Both the position numbers and the translations under genes were made by a program. Under the pieces are notes generated by a model. The model searched no databases. It saw nothing but the letters and a program-made list of their open reading frames with translations, and had not been told where the DNA came from. 64,000 nt of DNA from a virus (lineage: Duplodnaviria; Heunggongvirae; Uroviricota; Caudoviricetes): IMG/VR virus record IMGVR_UViG_3300010403_000021, positions 64,001 to 128,000 of that record; one strand, 5' to 3'. This document shows positions 15,998-25,999 of this stretch, piece after piece (the first letter of the stretch is position 1; each line of letters opens with the position of its first letter).

Positions 15998-16016
15998 TTG
16001 GTGATATAATCAGGCT

Positions 16017-16454
16017 ATGTCCAGTTCATACACAATACAATTGCCCGCAGGCACTAATATAACCAAGTTGATAAATGTACCAACTGGTGGTGCGTGGCTG
16101 GGCGGAATCAATATTTCAATTGCTACTCATACTACAGATGCAACAGTACATGAGTGGATTTTTATCAATGAAGTTATGCCAACGCAGCCGACCAAAATAG
16201 GTTATAGGCACGTTGATGTTCTAGGAGTATCGGCCGGTGGATTTGATAACTGGACTCTTAAGAAAGAAACAAGACCATATAAGGTTCTATTTATTGGTGA
16301 GAGTCTAATGAAGCTCAGATATACATCAACATATGAGATCAGTGTCAACGTAGAGACAAGTAATACTCAATGGAAGTCAAACAAATATCCAACAATACAA
16401 GGCAATTTACCACATGCGCTAGATGGTCGTATTGTATGGGTTAATAAGACGTGA
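16017..16454 (+). CDS. Hypothetical beta-rich protein
   Basis: TG-TATAAT 6 nt before ATG (leaderless). Confidence 0.7.
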   Translation: MSSSYTIQLPAGTNITKLINVPTGGAWLGGINISIATHTTDATVHEWIFINEVMPTQPTKIGYRHVDVLGVSAGGFDNWTLKKETRPYKVLFIGESLMKLRYTSTYEISVNVETSNTQWKSNKYPTIQGNLPHALDGRIVWVNKT

Positions 16455-16458
16455 TGAT

Positions 16459-18021
16459 ATGAGCAATTATGATCAGACTGCCATAGCCTCAGATCCAGAG
16501 TTTTATCTTTCATCAGCATCTATGTCTGATCAATCAGGCAAATCACTTTATGTGCTGGATAATGATGCACTTAATACAGGTCAGCCAATTATCGCCGGGA
16601 ATCAATCAAGTTTTGTTGTTGATTCCACTCATACAATTAATCTGGATCTGAACTGTATTTTTTTTAGAAGTAATTGTCATATGGAGTTAGTAGGATACTT
16701 TACACAGCCAACAGAGAATATCTGTATTTTTGGTGATGATGATACACAGAATGGTATATTCATCGATCAGTCAGGCATCGAATTGAGGTTCGTGGACAGC
16801 AATCTAAGTAGTAAGTACACAAGAGTCGAGATTGCTGAATGGCCACTCAAAGCGCATATTACCTTGACTTTCGATGTAGAATCAGCAACTTTGGATGTCA
16901 ATGATGTTCAGTCACAAATAAGTTATTCACCTACAGATCCAGGCAATATCGCTGATGTTACATTCAAGTCAACCGGACAATATTTTTACTTATTGGATGG
17001 TTTTGGTGTCTATTCAAACAGATTCCTTAACAAATCAAATATGATCGATGCTAAGGATTTCGATTATTTTAATTTTACATCAAGTAAATATGAGGCAGTA
17101 GGTTCTGTTTTCTCTGGGTACAGATTAGGAGAATCCAAGATAATTAATAAGTCAGATTTCATGCTACATCCAGACGGATACTACATGGTCTCTTATATCA
17201 TGACTCCACAGATTGATGATAGTTATGACTATATTACTTTTGAATGTAATGATCCAGATGTAATAGTTACATATAAAGTAAATGCTTTAAGTGAGACAAG
17301 TTTTACCACAATGGAAGAGTTCTTCCCTGTAGCCAGAGTATTTAGTATAAGCTTTAAAGTATCGCTGGATGATATCAATAAATCATTTTGGCTAAGAGTA
17401 AAAGCTTATTACGAAGGAAGCATTACGACTCAAACTCCAGGTAAACTTATATTGGACGGCGCAGCTTTCTATTCAGACTCAAACGATATTAAAATAGTAG
17501 ATTGTCCACCAGGACATTATCTAGGTGGCTCAAATTACGATGGTACATGGTATGACACGCCTCCTAATAGTGTTGAAATAGCTTTTATGGCATTGGATTT
17601 GACCAACGAGACTTTTGTTTTCTCCAGTACAGATGGAGAAGCTAGTTTTGGCGCGGGTGGATCGATTATCGGTTATACAGCTTATCTTAATGGTGTTGCT
17701 GTAGCTAATCTAAATAATGTAAGAGTGAATCAATGGAATCACCTTGTATTAACAAAGGTAAGTGTTTCAGACACACAATTCATTCTAAATGATAGTCAAG
17801 CCGGTGGAGAACAATCCAATATAAGATATCTTTTTATTAATGCATATCCATCAGTTCTTACTGCTGGAACTATTCAACAATTATATAGAATAGTAACATC
17901 ATCACATAAGTTACGTATTGTAGAAACATTGTCACCAATTGTAGAAGGCGAAGCAGAATATGATTCTCCATTCTTATTATATTCTTATGCATGGTCTATT
18001 ATTGGTAGTAATGTTGGTTAA
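16459..18021 (+). CDS. Probable virion protein with LamG/ConA-like segments
   Basis: 520-aa beta-rich ORF; 'VNQWNHLVLT'; position upstream of portal. Confidence 0.55.
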   Translation: MSNYDQTAIASDPEFYLSSASMSDQSGKSLYVLDNDALNTGQPIIAGNQSSFVVDSTHTINLDLNCIFFRSNCHMELVGYFTQPTENICIFGDDDTQNGIFIDQSGIELRFVDSNLSSKYTRVEIAEWPLKAHITLTFDVESATLDVNDVQSQISYSPTDPGNIADVTFKSTGQYFYLLDGFGVYSNRFLNKSNMIDAKDFDYFNFTSSKYEAVGSVFSGYRLGESKIINKSDFMLHPDGYYMVSYIMTPQIDDSYDYITFECNDPDVIVTYKVNALSETSFTTMEEFFPVARVFSISFKVSLDDINKSFWLRVKAYYEGSITTQTPGKLILDGAAFYSDSNDIKIVDCPPGHYLGGSNYDGTWYDTPPNSVEIAFMALDLTNETFVFSSTDGEASFGAGGSIIGYTAYLNGVAVANLNNVRVNQWNHLVLTKVSVSDTQFILNDSQAGGEQSNIRYLFINAYPSVLTAGTIQQLYRIVTSSHKLRIVETLSPIVEGEAEYDSPFLLYSYAWSIIGSNVG

Positions 18022-18071
18022 TATATGGTGACGATTTGCGAGATATTAGCAATTGTTGGTATAATCGTGGT

Positions 18072-18401
18072 ATGGAAAATAAGAAAAGCAGAATTTCTGC
18101 GGTATCAGAAACAAATCTAGGTGTTTATGTATGGCAGTTACCAGATGAAACATTTGTAGCTGATGAAAATGCCAATGTTATGAGTATCGCGGCATTTCGT
18201 GGTGATTTAAATGCTATTTCAAAGATTACTGCTGCTGCCAGACATTATGGGTTTCCCGAAGGTACAGCAGTCTTTCTTGAAGGTGTAAGAAAAATAACCG
18301 ATGAAGAATTACAGGAGCAGGTCGCAAGAATGAATGATGGTCTCATTCCTGATCCTTATGATATCGGTGTATATAAGGAAGAGATGAGACGTAAGAGATG
18401 A
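18072..18401 (+). CDS. Conserved hypothetical protein preceding portal
   Basis: 'GVYVWQLPD', 'GLIPDPYD'; leaderless TATAAT 6 nt upstream. Confidence 0.7.
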   Translation: MENKKSRISAVSETNLGVYVWQLPDETFVADENANVMSIAAFRGDLNAISKITAAARHYGFPEGTAVFLEGVRKITDEELQEQVARMNDGLIPDPYDIGVYKEEMRRKR

Positions 18402-19972
18402 TTGAATCTACGGACAATGCAGACGATCTAATTCGCGCATATATAGCCAAGTCAGCGAGTGTTAAATTATCAGGAGCTGACGAGGACTTTGACGCATTTA
18501 AAAAGCCGATAAGTCAGATCAGAAAGATGTCTGGACTGGATAAGAATTTTGTCCGTAGAATGGATAGAAAGCTTTCCAAAGCATATGAGAATCAAGCACA
18601 AACTGCTGGTACAAAAGCACTCAATGTTGATGATCTACAAGGCTATAACTATCTTGAATGTATTACTCCAGAATATAATCTGGATTACTTGGCTAAACTA
18701 TATGAAATTTCACCAGCACATCATGCTGCTGTTAATGCCAAGGTAGAAAGTGTGTTCGGTCTTGGTTATGAATGGATAGAATCAAATAAGACAAAGCTTG
18801 CTCGTCAAAAAACTACAACTCCCGCCGGTCTGAAAAAGCTTGAAAAGGCTTTGGAAAATGCAAGAGTCAGTATGGAAGATTGGCTAGAGTCAACAAATAG
18901 AGAAGATATCTTTGACGAGATAATGAAGAAAATAGGTCGTGACTATGAAACGATGGGTAACGCCTATATGGAAATCGGTAGAGATATACAAGGTCGTATA
19001 GCTTATATCGGTCACGTCCCAGCTATTCACGTGCGCGTACGTAGACAACGTGATGGATTTATTCAGGTGTATGGAGCCAATGTTGCTTATTTCAGAAACT
19101 TTGGAGATAAAGGTCCAAATAGAGTAACAGACGATGAAAATCCAAATGAGCTTATCCATTTCAAGAAGTATTCTCCAAACGATAACTATTATGGAATTCC
19201 AGATATCGTAGCCGCAAAGCACGCTTTGGCTGGTAATGAATTTGCTTCAAGATATAACCTTGACTACTTTGAGAACAAGGCTATTCCACGTCATGTTATT
19301 ATTACCAAAGGTGCGTCTCTTACCGCAACAGCAATGGCAACATTGGTTGAATTCTTTGAGACCGGTTTAAGAGGACAGCATCACAGAAGCGTTTATGTTC
19401 CATTGGGCGACATTAATGCTGAAATTGAATTTAAGTCAATCGAGCCAGGTAAACAAGATTCTTCATTTGGTGATTTTAGAAATAGTAATAATGAAGAAAT
19501 CTTTATGGCTCACCGTACACCACCGTCTCGCGCGGGTGTATTCAGTGAGAATGTTGGTTTAGCAGCAGCTAAAGATGCCGATAAGGTATTCAAGGAATCA
19601 TATTCACGTCCAGAGCAGTCAGCCTTTGAAAAAAAGATCAAGAGGGTCTTCAAGGAAATAACAGATATAATTGAACTCAAACTTAATGAACTTTCACTTA
19701 CAGATGCTAACACTCAGAGTCAGATGGATGAAAGAGAAGTTAAGATGGGTATTGTTGTACCTGATGAAGTTAGAGCAAGAAAGGGTATGGCGGCGCGCCC
19801 GGATGGAAAGGGTAGTGAACCAATTACCTTGACTGCTCAACAGCAAGCCGATCAAAAGGCAAATACACTAAAAACACGTGAGCGTGATACTCAAAGAAGT
19901 AATAACGCATCAGATTCAGCAGGCAGTGCTAGCGGTCGTAATGTTAAAGGAACAGGACGTGCTTCCAAGTAA
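18398..19972 (+). CDS. Portal protein (PBSX/HK97-like)
   Basis: 'SPAHHAAVNAK', 'DYETMGNAYMEI', 'ELIHFK.Y.P...YYGIPD', 'FENKAIP'. Confidence 0.9.
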   Translation: MIESTDNADDLIRAYIAKSASVKLSGADEDFDAFKKPISQIRKMSGLDKNFVRRMDRKLSKAYENQAQTAGTKALNVDDLQGYNYLECITPEYNLDYLAKLYEISPAHHAAVNAKVESVFGLGYEWIESNKTKLARQKTTTPAGLKKLEKALENARVSMEDWLESTNREDIFDEIMKKIGRDYETMGNAYMEIGRDIQGRIAYIGHVPAIHVRVRRQRDGFIQVYGANVAYFRNFGDKGPNRVTDDENPNELIHFKKYSPNDNYYGIPDIVAAKHALAGNEFASRYNLDYFENKAIPRHVIITKGASLTATAMATLVEFFETGLRGQHHRSVYVPLGDINAEIEFKSIEPGKQDSSFGDFRNSNNEEIFMAHRTPPSRAGVFSENVGLAAAKDADKVFKESYSRPEQSAFEKKIKRVFKEITDIIELKLNELSLTDANTQSQMDEREVKMGIVVPDEVRARKGMAARPDGKGSEPITLTAQQQADQKANTLKTRERDTQRSNNASDSAGSASGRNVKGTGRASK

Positions 19973-20358
19973 TGCTTGAAAAAATGGCAGGTAGAATGTT
20001 GAGTCCTATTAATACCGCTGGTATCAGCATTCTTGGCCTGTTCAATTTGTTCATGGGCATTTGGATTATTCTACCGTTCGATTCAATAAGCGGTAGTCTT
20101 CCAGAGATATATTATGGAATTATTCTTATAAGTGCTGGCATTTCTATATTAATAGGTTCAGTAAAAGAACACTATATGACATTAGCTGTGGGAACAAGAC
20201 TAAGTTATTATCTTTGGTTTTTAACCATGCTTATGTCAATTTTAGATAATTGGCATAATTCATATTGGATAGTATGTTTAATGATTGCTTGTTACGGTTT
20301 GTTCGTTGCTGCAAATATAAAGGTGAATCGTAACAATTTGCCTTTTAAAAATCTCTAG
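19972..20358 (+). CDS. Membrane protein, ~4 TM helices
   Basis: Hydrophobic stretches across 128 aa. Confidence 0.7.
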   Translation: MLEKMAGRMLSPINTAGISILGLFNLFMGIWIILPFDSISGSLPEIYYGIILISAGISILIGSVKEHYMTLAVGTRLSYYLWFLTMLMSILDNWHNSYWIVCLMIACYGLFVAANIKVNRNNLPFKNL

Positions 20359-20375
20359 TTTATAATCAAATTACT

Positions 20376-21638
20376 ATGGAAATAGAAAAAGCTCTATTGT
20401 CTGCAACAGACGATACAATTCAGATTGGTGTGCCTTTCAGTAAATTTGACAAGGCAAATAGACGCGTCTCTGGATGGGCTACAATTGACAATATTGATCA
20501 GTCTGGAGACGTTTTAACTGCGGAAGCATCCAAGATGGCTTTTGATACCTTCAGAGGAAACGTTAGAGAACAACATGATAAGAATAAGGCAGTTGGAAAA
20601 GTTGTAAGTTTTGCTCAGCAAACCTATTATGATCCAGAAACCGAAAAAATGTATGATGGTATATATGTAACAGCATATGTTTCAAAAGGAGCGCAGGATA
20701 CCTGGGAAAAGGTTCTAGATGGAACATTAAGCGGTTTCTCAGTAAAGGGTTCAATTTTAAAACAACACACTGAATACAGCCCGGACAGGGAAATGCAGAT
20801 CAGATTTATTGATCGATATGCCCTTGAAGAACTAAGTCTTGTTGATTCTCCTTGTAACCAGCTTTGTAATGTTTTTACAGTTGAGAAAACTGTCGATGGC
20901 GTTTCTATTAACATGAACAAAGAACTTGATGTAGACCCAGAGAATGTTTTCTGGTGTGAAGCAGATGCTATTGCAGTTCTCAGTAAAGACGATTCACATA
21001 ATTGCACAAAATGTGATAACAGCATGAAAAATGCCGGATGGATTGAATCTGTCGCTGGTGAGGACAAGGTAGAAAAGATAAAGGACGTACTTAGTTCTTC
21101 AGGCTTTATGAAGAACCATGTTGATCTGAGTGAAACGAAAGGAGGTTCCGAAATGGCAGATGTAGTTAATAACGAAACAACAGATGCGGTAGAAACACCA
21201 GTTGAAGAAACAGCGCAGGTGATAAAATCCGAGGAAGTGACGAGTGAGGTAACCGCTGAGGAGGCTTCTAATTTAAATGAGCCAGATCTCCAGGGTATCG
21301 CAAAAGCTCTAGAAGAAATTAAATCTAGCCTTAATAAGGTTGGTGAAGATAGAGATGATGCTCTATCAGCAATAAGAGAAACTGTTGCAGGTGTAGAAAA
21401 GAGCGTTAGCGCTCAAATGGAAGACCTATTAAAGCAACACACAGAATTTGCTAGTGAATTCAAAAGTTTTAAAGAACGTCAGGAAGCAGTAGAAAAGAGA
21501 CTTTCTACATTCGAAGGTTCAACAGCTTTTAAGAAGTCACTAGACGTAACAGAAGAAAAAGAACTGGAAAAATCAGCCGGTTCAGATAAGCAAAATACTT
21601 TTTGGTCAGCAGCATTTCTTCCTAACACGTTTGACTAA
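20376..21638 (+). CDS. Capsid maturation protease fused to acidic coiled-coil scaffold
   Basis: 'RRVSGWATIDNIDQSGD', 'VREQH', 'TWEKVLDGTLSGFSVKG', 'ELSLVD.P.N'. Confidence 0.85.
   Translation: MEIEKALLSATDDTIQIGVPFSKFDKANRRVSGWATIDNIDQSGDVLTAEASKMAFDTFRGNVREQHDKNKAVGKVVSFAQQTYYDPETEKMYDGIYVTAYVSKGAQDTWEKVLDGTLSGFSVKGSILKQHTEYSPDREMQIRFIDRYALEELSLVDSPCNQLCNVFTVEKTVDGVSINMNKELDVDPENVFWCEADAIAVLSKDDSHNCTKCDNSMKNAGWIESVAGEDKVEKIKDVLSSSGFMKNHVDLSETKGGSEMADVVNNETTDAVETPVEETAQVIKSEEVTSEVTAEEASNLNEPDLQGIAKALEEIKSSLNKVGEDRDDALSAIRETVAGVEKSVSAQMEDLLKQHTEFASEFKSFKERQEAVEKRLSTFEGSTAFKKSLDVTEEKELEKSAGSDKQNTFWSAAFLPNTFD
21153..21638 (+). CDS. Putative nested scaffolding protein from an internal in-frame start
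   Basis: AAAGGAGG RBS (GGAGG 21141-21145) before in-frame ATG 21153; acidic coiled-coil sequence. Confidence 0.55.
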   Translation: MADVVNNETTDAVETPVEETAQVIKSEEVTSEVTAEEASNLNEPDLQGIAKALEEIKSSLNKVGEDRDDALSAIRETVAGVEKSVSAQMEDLLKQHTEFASEFKSFKERQEAVEKRLSTFEGSTAFKKSLDVTEEKELEKSAGSDKQNTFWSAAFLPNTFD

Positions 21639-21669
21639 ATAAAAATACACAAAGAGAGGAGTTATATAC

Positions 21670-22662
21670 ATGAGCGAAGATATTTTAGAGAAAGTAATTC
21701 GTACCACAGAAGTTGGTTCTGGTGGTGGTGGTCTACTAACTGCTGAGCAGAGCAATATGTTCATCGACTATATGTTTGATGCAACAGTTATGCTTAGAGA
21801 TTGTAGAACACAAAGAATGCGCTCTGAAGTTGCAGAAATTGATAAGATTGCTGTTGGTCAGAGATTAATTCGTGCTGCTACAGAAGCAGTGGACACTGGT
21901 GAAAACGCTGGAGTAACATTTAGCAAGATTTCTTTGACAACAACAAAGATCCGTCTTGACTGGGAGCTTTCACGTGAATCACTAGAAGATAACATTGAAG
22001 GAGCTGGTCTTGAAGACCACATCGCTAGACTAATGTCTGCACAGTTCGGTAACGACCTTGAAGACCTAGCCATTAACGGTGACACAACATCTTCAGACAA
22101 GACAATCAAGATCTTTAATGGTTGGTATAAGCTAGCCCTAGCCGGTGCTCACGTTGTTGATGCTGGTGGTCTTCCACTAAATCTAGCAGCGTTTAACAAG
22201 GCCCTAAAGGCAATGCCACGTACTTACATGCAGAAGCGTTTGGATCTTAAATTCTACACAGGTTCAAATTCTATCCAGGATTACCTATACTCTATTGCCC
22301 AACAGGGTAATGGTGCATGGTCCGGTCCTAGATCAGATGCTGTTATCGAGAATGGTCCAGTTCGTACTGAGGGTCCTAATGGATTCGTCGCCGGTCGTCC
22401 GTTTGGTGTTGTTCTTCAGGAAGTTCCATTGTTCCTAGAAACAGAAAATGCCAGCTATTCCGGTGGTACAGGTGATCACGGTCACCTTGAACTTACATTC
22501 CCAAAGAATAGAGTTCTTGGTATTAAGCGTCAAATTGAAGTATTCCGTCAGTTCGCACAGAAGAAGGATGCTATTGAGTACACCTCATACGTCCGTGCTG
22601 GTGTCAACTGGGAAAACCTAGATGCAGCGGTTATCGTAAAGAACATTAAACTAGCTGCCTAA
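21670..22662 (+). CDS. Major capsid protein (HK97 fold)
   Basis: GAGAGGAG RBS; 'GGGLL..EQ...FIDYM.D', 'EDNIEG', 'DLEDLAING'; followed by strong terminator. Confidence 0.9.
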   Translation: MSEDILEKVIRTTEVGSGGGGLLTAEQSNMFIDYMFDATVMLRDCRTQRMRSEVAEIDKIAVGQRLIRAATEAVDTGENAGVTFSKISLTTTKIRLDWELSRESLEDNIEGAGLEDHIARLMSAQFGNDLEDLAINGDTTSSDKTIKIFNGWYKLALAGAHVVDAGGLPLNLAAFNKALKAMPRTYMQKRLDLKFYTGSNSIQDYLYSIAQQGNGAWSGPRSDAVIENGPVRTEGPNGFVAGRPFGVVLQEVPLFLETENASYSGGTGDHGHLELTFPKNRVLGIKRQIEVFRQFAQKKDAIEYTSYVRAGVNWENLDAAVIVKNIKLAA

Positions 22663-22685
22663 TAACAGTGTTTAATAACTTGATT

Positions 22686-22712
22686 AAAGCAGGACTTCGG
22701 TCCTGCTTTTTT
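22686..22712 (+). terminator. Intrinsic terminator after MCP
   Basis: AAAGCAGGAC-TTCG-GTCCTGCTTT TTT. Confidence 0.9.
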
Positions 22713-22747
22713 CGTTTATATATGATACAATCGATGAGGAGGTTATA

Positions 22748-23122
22748 ATGAGTTTTGCAAAAATGAACAAGGACACTTTAACTAAGGTAGCAGATTTTTT
22801 CGACATTCTTCTAGACCCAACAGACGGGGTAAAAGAGATAAGGCTTAAGCTTGAGGATGAGGGTAAGACATATGATATGTGGAAGAAATTTAATGATCCT
22901 GAACAGGAGAAAAATGAGCCATCCGGTATCGCTTTTAATCAGAAGAATCTATTGCTTAAAATGACCAGACAGAATCCAACGTTTGAGACTTATGGATATA
23001 GATTTACCAGGGAAAGTCCATATCGTGCGGTGCCTGCGGAAGATGCAGAGAAGATTATGAGCGAACATGAAGGCTTTGTCATAGCGACACCTTCTGAAGT
23101 AAAATCGTTCTTTGATAAGTGA
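22748..23122 (+). CDS. Conserved hypothetical (possible virion) protein
   Basis: GAGGAGG RBS and TG-TACAAT promoter. Confidence 0.7.
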   Translation: MSFAKMNKDTLTKVADFFDILLDPTDGVKEIRLKLEDEGKTYDMWKKFNDPEQEKNEPSGIAFNQKNLLLKMTRQNPTFETYGYRFTRESPYRAVPAEDAEKIMSEHEGFVIATPSEVKSFFDK

Positions 23123-23124
23123 TA

Positions 23125-23158
23125 AAAGCTCCTCCAAGTGGGGAGCTTTGCCTTTTGT
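23125..23158 (+). terminator. Intrinsic terminator
   Basis: AAAGCTCC...GGAGCTTT followed by T-rich tract. Confidence 0.65.
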
Positions 23159-23192
23159 TTTGTGCTGTGTTAAAATAAATGTGGTGAATTAA

Positions 23193-24074
23193 ATGAAAGA
23201 AATACTATTAAATAGCATTAGTAAGGCAAAGTATTCCATATTTATTGATGGAGTAGCCACAGCAGCGACCGGAACCCCAACAGTTAAAGTGTATGAGGGT
23301 GAGACTGTTGTTCTAAATAATCCAGTAGTATCAACACCTTCAACCGGTGTTTACACATTTATCATCATACCTTCATTGGTTTCTGAAGAAAAAGTTCTTA
23401 CTGTTGAATGGACCTTCGTAGTTTCTGGTTATAACATGGTAATCAGAGAAGATTATCAAGTCGTCACTCCGTACTCTGATTGGGATTATTTCAAATCGGT
23501 AACCACATATACAGAATTTCTAGAGTGTGAACGTGTTTCACGTATGGTAATAGATGGATATTGTGGTCAGACTTTCGGTAAGAGAGAATTCATTATTACA
23601 GCAGAAGGCAATGATAACAATTCTATGAGATTGAACAGAAGATTGATCTCAGTAAATGACGTAACGCATATATCATCTTGGTATCCAACCGTCGTATCAA
23701 GTGCTTCTGATGATGGAATATTGGAGTCATGGGACATCGCCGGGAATGGATGGATAATAAGAACATCTCGTTCAAGATCAAGACTAGATGCTGCATATCC
23801 TACTCATTATGCATTTAGAAGAAATATTACTTATAGCATAGATGGACTATGGGGATGGGAAAATGTTCCTGGACCTGTTGTAGAAGCATCAAAAATATTA
23901 ACAGCAAATTTGCTATGTCAAGATCAGAAGTATAGAGACAAATATATCGAATCCTTGAAGACAAGTGATTGGAATATGAAGTTTTCACCATTGACTTGGT
24001 CCGGCACAGGAAGCGCCACGGCCGATGATCTATTGCTTGAATATAGAATGTTTCCTGGCATTGGGGTGATTTAA
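23193..24074 (+). CDS. Head-to-tail adaptor
   Basis: 'R..IDGYCGQTF', 'G.WGWENVP..V.EA'; position. Confidence 0.75.
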   Translation: MKEILLNSISKAKYSIFIDGVATAATGTPTVKVYEGETVVLNNPVVSTPSTGVYTFIIIPSLVSEEKVLTVEWTFVVSGYNMVIREDYQVVTPYSDWDYFKSVTTYTEFLECERVSRMVIDGYCGQTFGKREFIITAEGNDNNSMRLNRRLISVNDVTHISSWYPTVVSSASDDGILESWDIAGNGWIIRTSRSRSRLDAAYPTHYAFRRNITYSIDGLWGWENVPGPVVEASKILTANLLCQDQKYRDKYIESLKTSDWNMKFSPLTWSGTGSATADDLLLEYRMFPGIGVI

Positions 24075-24524
24075 ATGTTAGGTGGATGTATATTTTCTAT
24101 TAGATATACAATGTTAGCGAAAGTATATAAGAAAATTAAAACTGTAGGAAATTCAGGACAGATAAAATATAGTTGGGTAGTAGATACTACAATTGGAAAT
24201 CAAGGAGTGATACCTTGTATAATCACGCCATTTAAATCTAATAGTTTTAGTAGACAGGGAATTGGCCAGGTATTCGCTGAGTCATTCCTGAGCTTTGACT
24301 ATCTCAAGATGCAAAGCGAGTATAATATACCGGCTAGCTATCAGATAACTGAAATCAAAAGTGTTAATGATGGAAGTCTTATATACAAAGAAATGGATAT
24401 TGCAGGTAATCCTCAAACATGGTACAACACATCTGGTTCTTCACCGGTAATTGATCCCTTTGGTGCTATTACAGAATATAATACCTTACTGGCGAGAGCA
24501 GAACAGCAGGGTGGAAATGTTTAA
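24075..24524 (+). CDS. Head-to-tail stopper (positional)
   Basis: 'G.IKYSW', 'DPFGAITEY'; synteny. Confidence 0.6.
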   Translation: MLGGCIFSIRYTMLAKVYKKIKTVGNSGQIKYSWVVDTTIGNQGVIPCIITPFKSNSFSRQGIGQVFAESFLSFDYLKMQSEYNIPASYQITEIKSVNDGSLIYKEMDIAGNPQTWYNTSGSSPVIDPFGAITEYNTLLARAEQQGGNV

Positions 24525-25332
24525 TATTAAAAGCGATCTTGGTAAAGTGTCAGAACTTGGTACCACTATAAATACTCTAGAAGCAACACTAAAATCTTCT
24601 AGACATATCAGCACGCTTATTAAGGCTGCTCACGAAATAACTTCAAGTGAGTTCGTATTGCATATGACAAGTGCCGCTGTATCAACCAGACAATTTAATC
24701 ATATGTATGAATGGAATCGCGTTGGTGATCCATCAGCTAGACTTTGGAGCCATGTGTTAAAAGGTAATGGGGCCAATAGAGTAGCTTATTTTGAATTCAG
24801 AGCATCAAAGAAAATGGTTCCAGTTAATCCTAAATTAGCGGCGGTTGGTGTAAAAAAGATCCACGTATTTGTTTGGAAGTCTATGGTTCTTGAACTAGGT
24901 CAGCCAGTGAGAATTTCACCGAAACTTGCCAAGTATTTAGTTTTCCTTGATAAGAGTGGATCTGCTGGTAACGTAGAGGGCAAGGGATATAAGCATGGTG
25001 GAATCGTTTACTTTAAAGGTGCTATATCTATAGCAAGTGCAGGTAACGAACAAATAAAAGGTTCATTTACCAAGGAGTGGACAAATTGGTGGAACAGTGA
25101 CGCTCCAAATGAAATAATAAGAGAAAAATTAACTGAGGCTGCTACTAGTGGTATGAAGAAAAGTATATCTGAAAAAATTGGTTCCTTTGCAAATCTAAAA
25201 GAAAAAAACAAGACTTTTAGTATTAGACCGATTACAGTTGACCCTAATCTTCAAAAGAAAATGGAAGAATCTCTTACTAAGAATTATATTGGCGCGGCAG
25301 CTCAAAGAAGAGGATTGATGCAAGATGACTGA
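24517..25332 (+). CDS. Neck/tail-completion protein (positional)
   Basis: 'HMYEWNRVG...RLW'; synteny. Confidence 0.55.
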   Translation: MFNIKSDLGKVSELGTTINTLEATLKSSRHISTLIKAAHEITSSEFVLHMTSAAVSTRQFNHMYEWNRVGDPSARLWSHVLKGNGANRVAYFEFRASKKMVPVNPKLAAVGVKKIHVFVWKSMVLELGQPVRISPKLAKYLVFLDKSGSAGNVEGKGYKHGGIVYFKGAISIASAGNEQIKGSFTKEWTNWWNSDAPNEIIREKLTEAATSGMKKSISEKIGSFANLKEKNKTFSIRPITVDPNLQKKMEESLTKNYIGAAAQRRGLMQDD

Positions 25333-25906
25333 TTGGAAAGTTAAATATGGAGATTCACCAGTATATAGATTAAACAAATTCATTCTATATAAATTAGATG
25401 ATATGGAGTTTATTAATCTGGAATCATACAAGACAGACTTGCCGGGTGGTGAGTTGTCGATTCCATACTTTTTGCCGGGGCAGGATCTACCTGAAGTAAC
25501 AACTGTCTATGATCAAGATAAATATCAGAATCTATCATATTCAGTATATAACGTATCAGATAGATTAAACCTTGACGAGCCATACATGATGTGTGGGCAG
25601 ATCTCATACACCTTCTATCACCTTGATATGGATTATCTTATCGGTATGAAAGATTATTTAGGAGAGCTTTTAAGAAGAGAAGATTGGTCTGCAAGCGACG
25701 TCAACGATTATTTTAGAACTGATTCCACTTATCCTTTTGATTTTAAAAATGTCAGTATTCTAGGCACAGCAGGTCCTTCACCAGCGGATGATGAGGGTGG
25801 AAGAAATACTATGATAATTATAGTAAGATATGATGCAACATATGAAGGAACAAATAGAAATTATACTTTGCAATCTGGTTATAGTAAAGAATTTGGTATG
25901 AGATGA
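25325..25906 (+). CDS. Tail terminator (positional)
   Basis: Gene preceding major tail protein. Confidence 0.55.
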   Translation: MTDWKVKYGDSPVYRLNKFILYKLDDMEFINLESYKTDLPGGELSIPYFLPGQDLPEVTTVYDQDKYQNLSYSVYNVSDRLNLDEPYMMCGQISYTFYHLDMDYLIGMKDYLGELLRREDWSASDVNDYFRTDSTYPFDFKNVSILGTAGPSPADDEGGRNTMIIIVRYDATYEGTNRNYTLQSGYSKEFGMR

Positions 25907-25999
25907 TTTGCACAATAATTACCAGAATGCGATAATTTAAAAAGGAAGCAATGCCAGACTTAAAGATATACAATAAAACTTAGGAGGTGAAATTCTAAA

